Below are positions 63,459 to 64,000 of a DNA stretch of 64,000 nt, piece after piece. This DNA comes from Patescibacteria group bacterium (GTDB lineage Bacteria > Patescibacteriota > Microgenomatia > 0-14-0-10-38-17): positions 335,437 through 399,436 of the forward strand of contig JBMNNJ010000001.1 in NCBI GenBank assembly GCA_050953885.1, given 5' to 3'. Both the position numbers and the translations under genes were made by a program. The notes beneath the pieces were generated by a model. The model was not told where the DNA came from, did no database searches, and saw only the letters and a program-made list of their open reading frames with translations. Position 1 is the stretch's first letter, and each line of letters begins with the position of its first letter.

Positions 63459-64000
63459 TCAATGGGAAACTAAATCATAAAAATTAAAAAGCAGGGAAAT
63501 AACCGTCATTGGCCCTACCCCACCCGGAACGGGAGTAATAAAAGAAGCCAAAGGCGCCACTTGGGGAAAATCAACATCCCCTTGCGGCGCGCCGGCATCA
63601 ATAACCACCGCTCCTTTTTTAACCATTGTTTTTTTGATCAAACCCTTTTTGCCCGTAGCGCTTATCAAAAGATCAGCCTTTTTAGTAAAAGAGACAACAT
63701 CTTTTGTCCAATGATTTAAAACGGTAACCGTTACCCCGCAGTTTATTAGCAAATTAGCTAATGGCTTGCCAACAATATTTGATTTTCCCAATATACAGGC
63801 ATTTTTACCAACAACGCCCTTTTTGCCCAAACCGGCAAAAGATAAAATTTCCGCTATTCCTCTAACGGTCGCTGGTAAAAGACGCGACCTGCCCATCATC
63901 AAAAAACCTAAATTAGTTGCTGTCAGACAATCGACATCTTTTTCGGGCGAAATAGCGTTAACAATTTCCGTTTCCGCTAACTTTAAAGGATTGGGCAAGG
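63459..64000 (-). CDS. folD: Bifunctional methylenetetrahydrofolate dehydrogenase/cyclohydrolase FolD, C-terminal two-thirds; the 5' end lies beyond the window edge
   Basis: The NAD(P)-binding region GKNACILGKSNIVGKPLANLL and C-terminal PVPGGVGPMTV. The frame is open to the window end. Confidence 0.8.
   Translation of the reverse strand, partial: LPNPLKLAETEIVNAISPEKDVDCLTATNLGFLMMGRSRLLPATVRGIAEILSFAGLGKKGVVGKNACILGKSNIVGKPLANLLINCGVTVTVLNHWTKDVVSFTKKADLLISATGKKGLIKKTMVKKGAVVIDAGAPQGDVDFPQVAPLASFITPVPGGVGPMTVISLLFNFYDLVSH

Noticed and set aside
1921-64000. Regularly recurring short repeats such as TCCGCCAGCTGGCGGA and the hairpin pairs could be taken for CRISPR arrays.
   Set aside because: The repeats are not evenly spaced around unique spacers, they occur singly or nested in different intergenic regions, and no cas genes are present. 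They are better explained as MITE/REP-like modules.
1-64000. Possible alternative genetic code (UGA recoding), as in some reduced-genome lineages.
   Set aside because: Conserved proteins terminate at TGA/TAA/TAG at family-typical lengths and no in-frame TGA is needed to complete any family, so translation table 11 is adequate.

Overview
This is a 64-kb, gene-dense bacterial chromosomal window using the standard genetic code (TGA/TAA/TAG all stop), at roughly 45-50% GC. Many proteins are short versions of their families: trigger factor without a PPIase domain, a 150-aa EF-Ts, a 214-aa DNA polymerase III delta-prime, a 638-aa GyrB. Together with a large type IV pilus locus and an intein-containing DnaB, this resembles reduced-genome (CPR/Patescibacteria-like) bacteria, but that is inference.

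Contents, left to right:
- 5'-partial dnaB carrying a LAGLIDADG intein.
- A membrane protein, a DksA/TraR zinc-finger protein, a SAM methyltransferase and a peptidoglycan-hydrolase-like protein.
- An accessory cassette bounded by two identical 727-bp decayed IS copies. It holds a radical-SAM/SPASM enzyme, an overlapping 48-aa Cys/Asp/Gly-rich peptide (a candidate RiPP precursor/maturase pair) and an AT-rich HExxH protein.
- tig, tRNA-Val(GAC), thrS, infC-rpmI-rplT, pheS-pheT. rplT and pheS carry three +1 frame disruptions.
- PBP1A, recG, rpmF-nusB, rnc, rpsP and a KH-domain protein.
- A complete minus-strand type IV pilus locus: pilM, pilN, pilO, eight minor or pseudopilin-like prepilins (five of them GspG-like, one with a Cys-rich tail), a candidate major pilin, pilD, pilC, pilT and pilB.
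- holB, gyrB, ppdK, gyrA, a xerC/D-family recombinase next to a 0.9-kb AT-rich non-coding region, then yebC, a pseudouridine synthase, cysS, recR-ybaB-dnaX, ybeY-like, yqeY-rpsU, rseP, frr-tsf-rpsB and a 5'-partial folD.

Nearly every intergenic space is built from a small vocabulary of recurring palindromic or hairpin modules that combine as mosaics and appear in both orientations. These include MITE-like ~150-bp elements, the 16-bp perfect palindrome TCCGCCAGCTGGCGGA, GTCATCCTGAC-GAAA-GTCAGGATGAC hairpins, and ATTCGCG decamer arrays. One module is embedded in-frame inside pilD and another splits the infC-rpmI-rplT operon. No rRNA or CRISPR was found.
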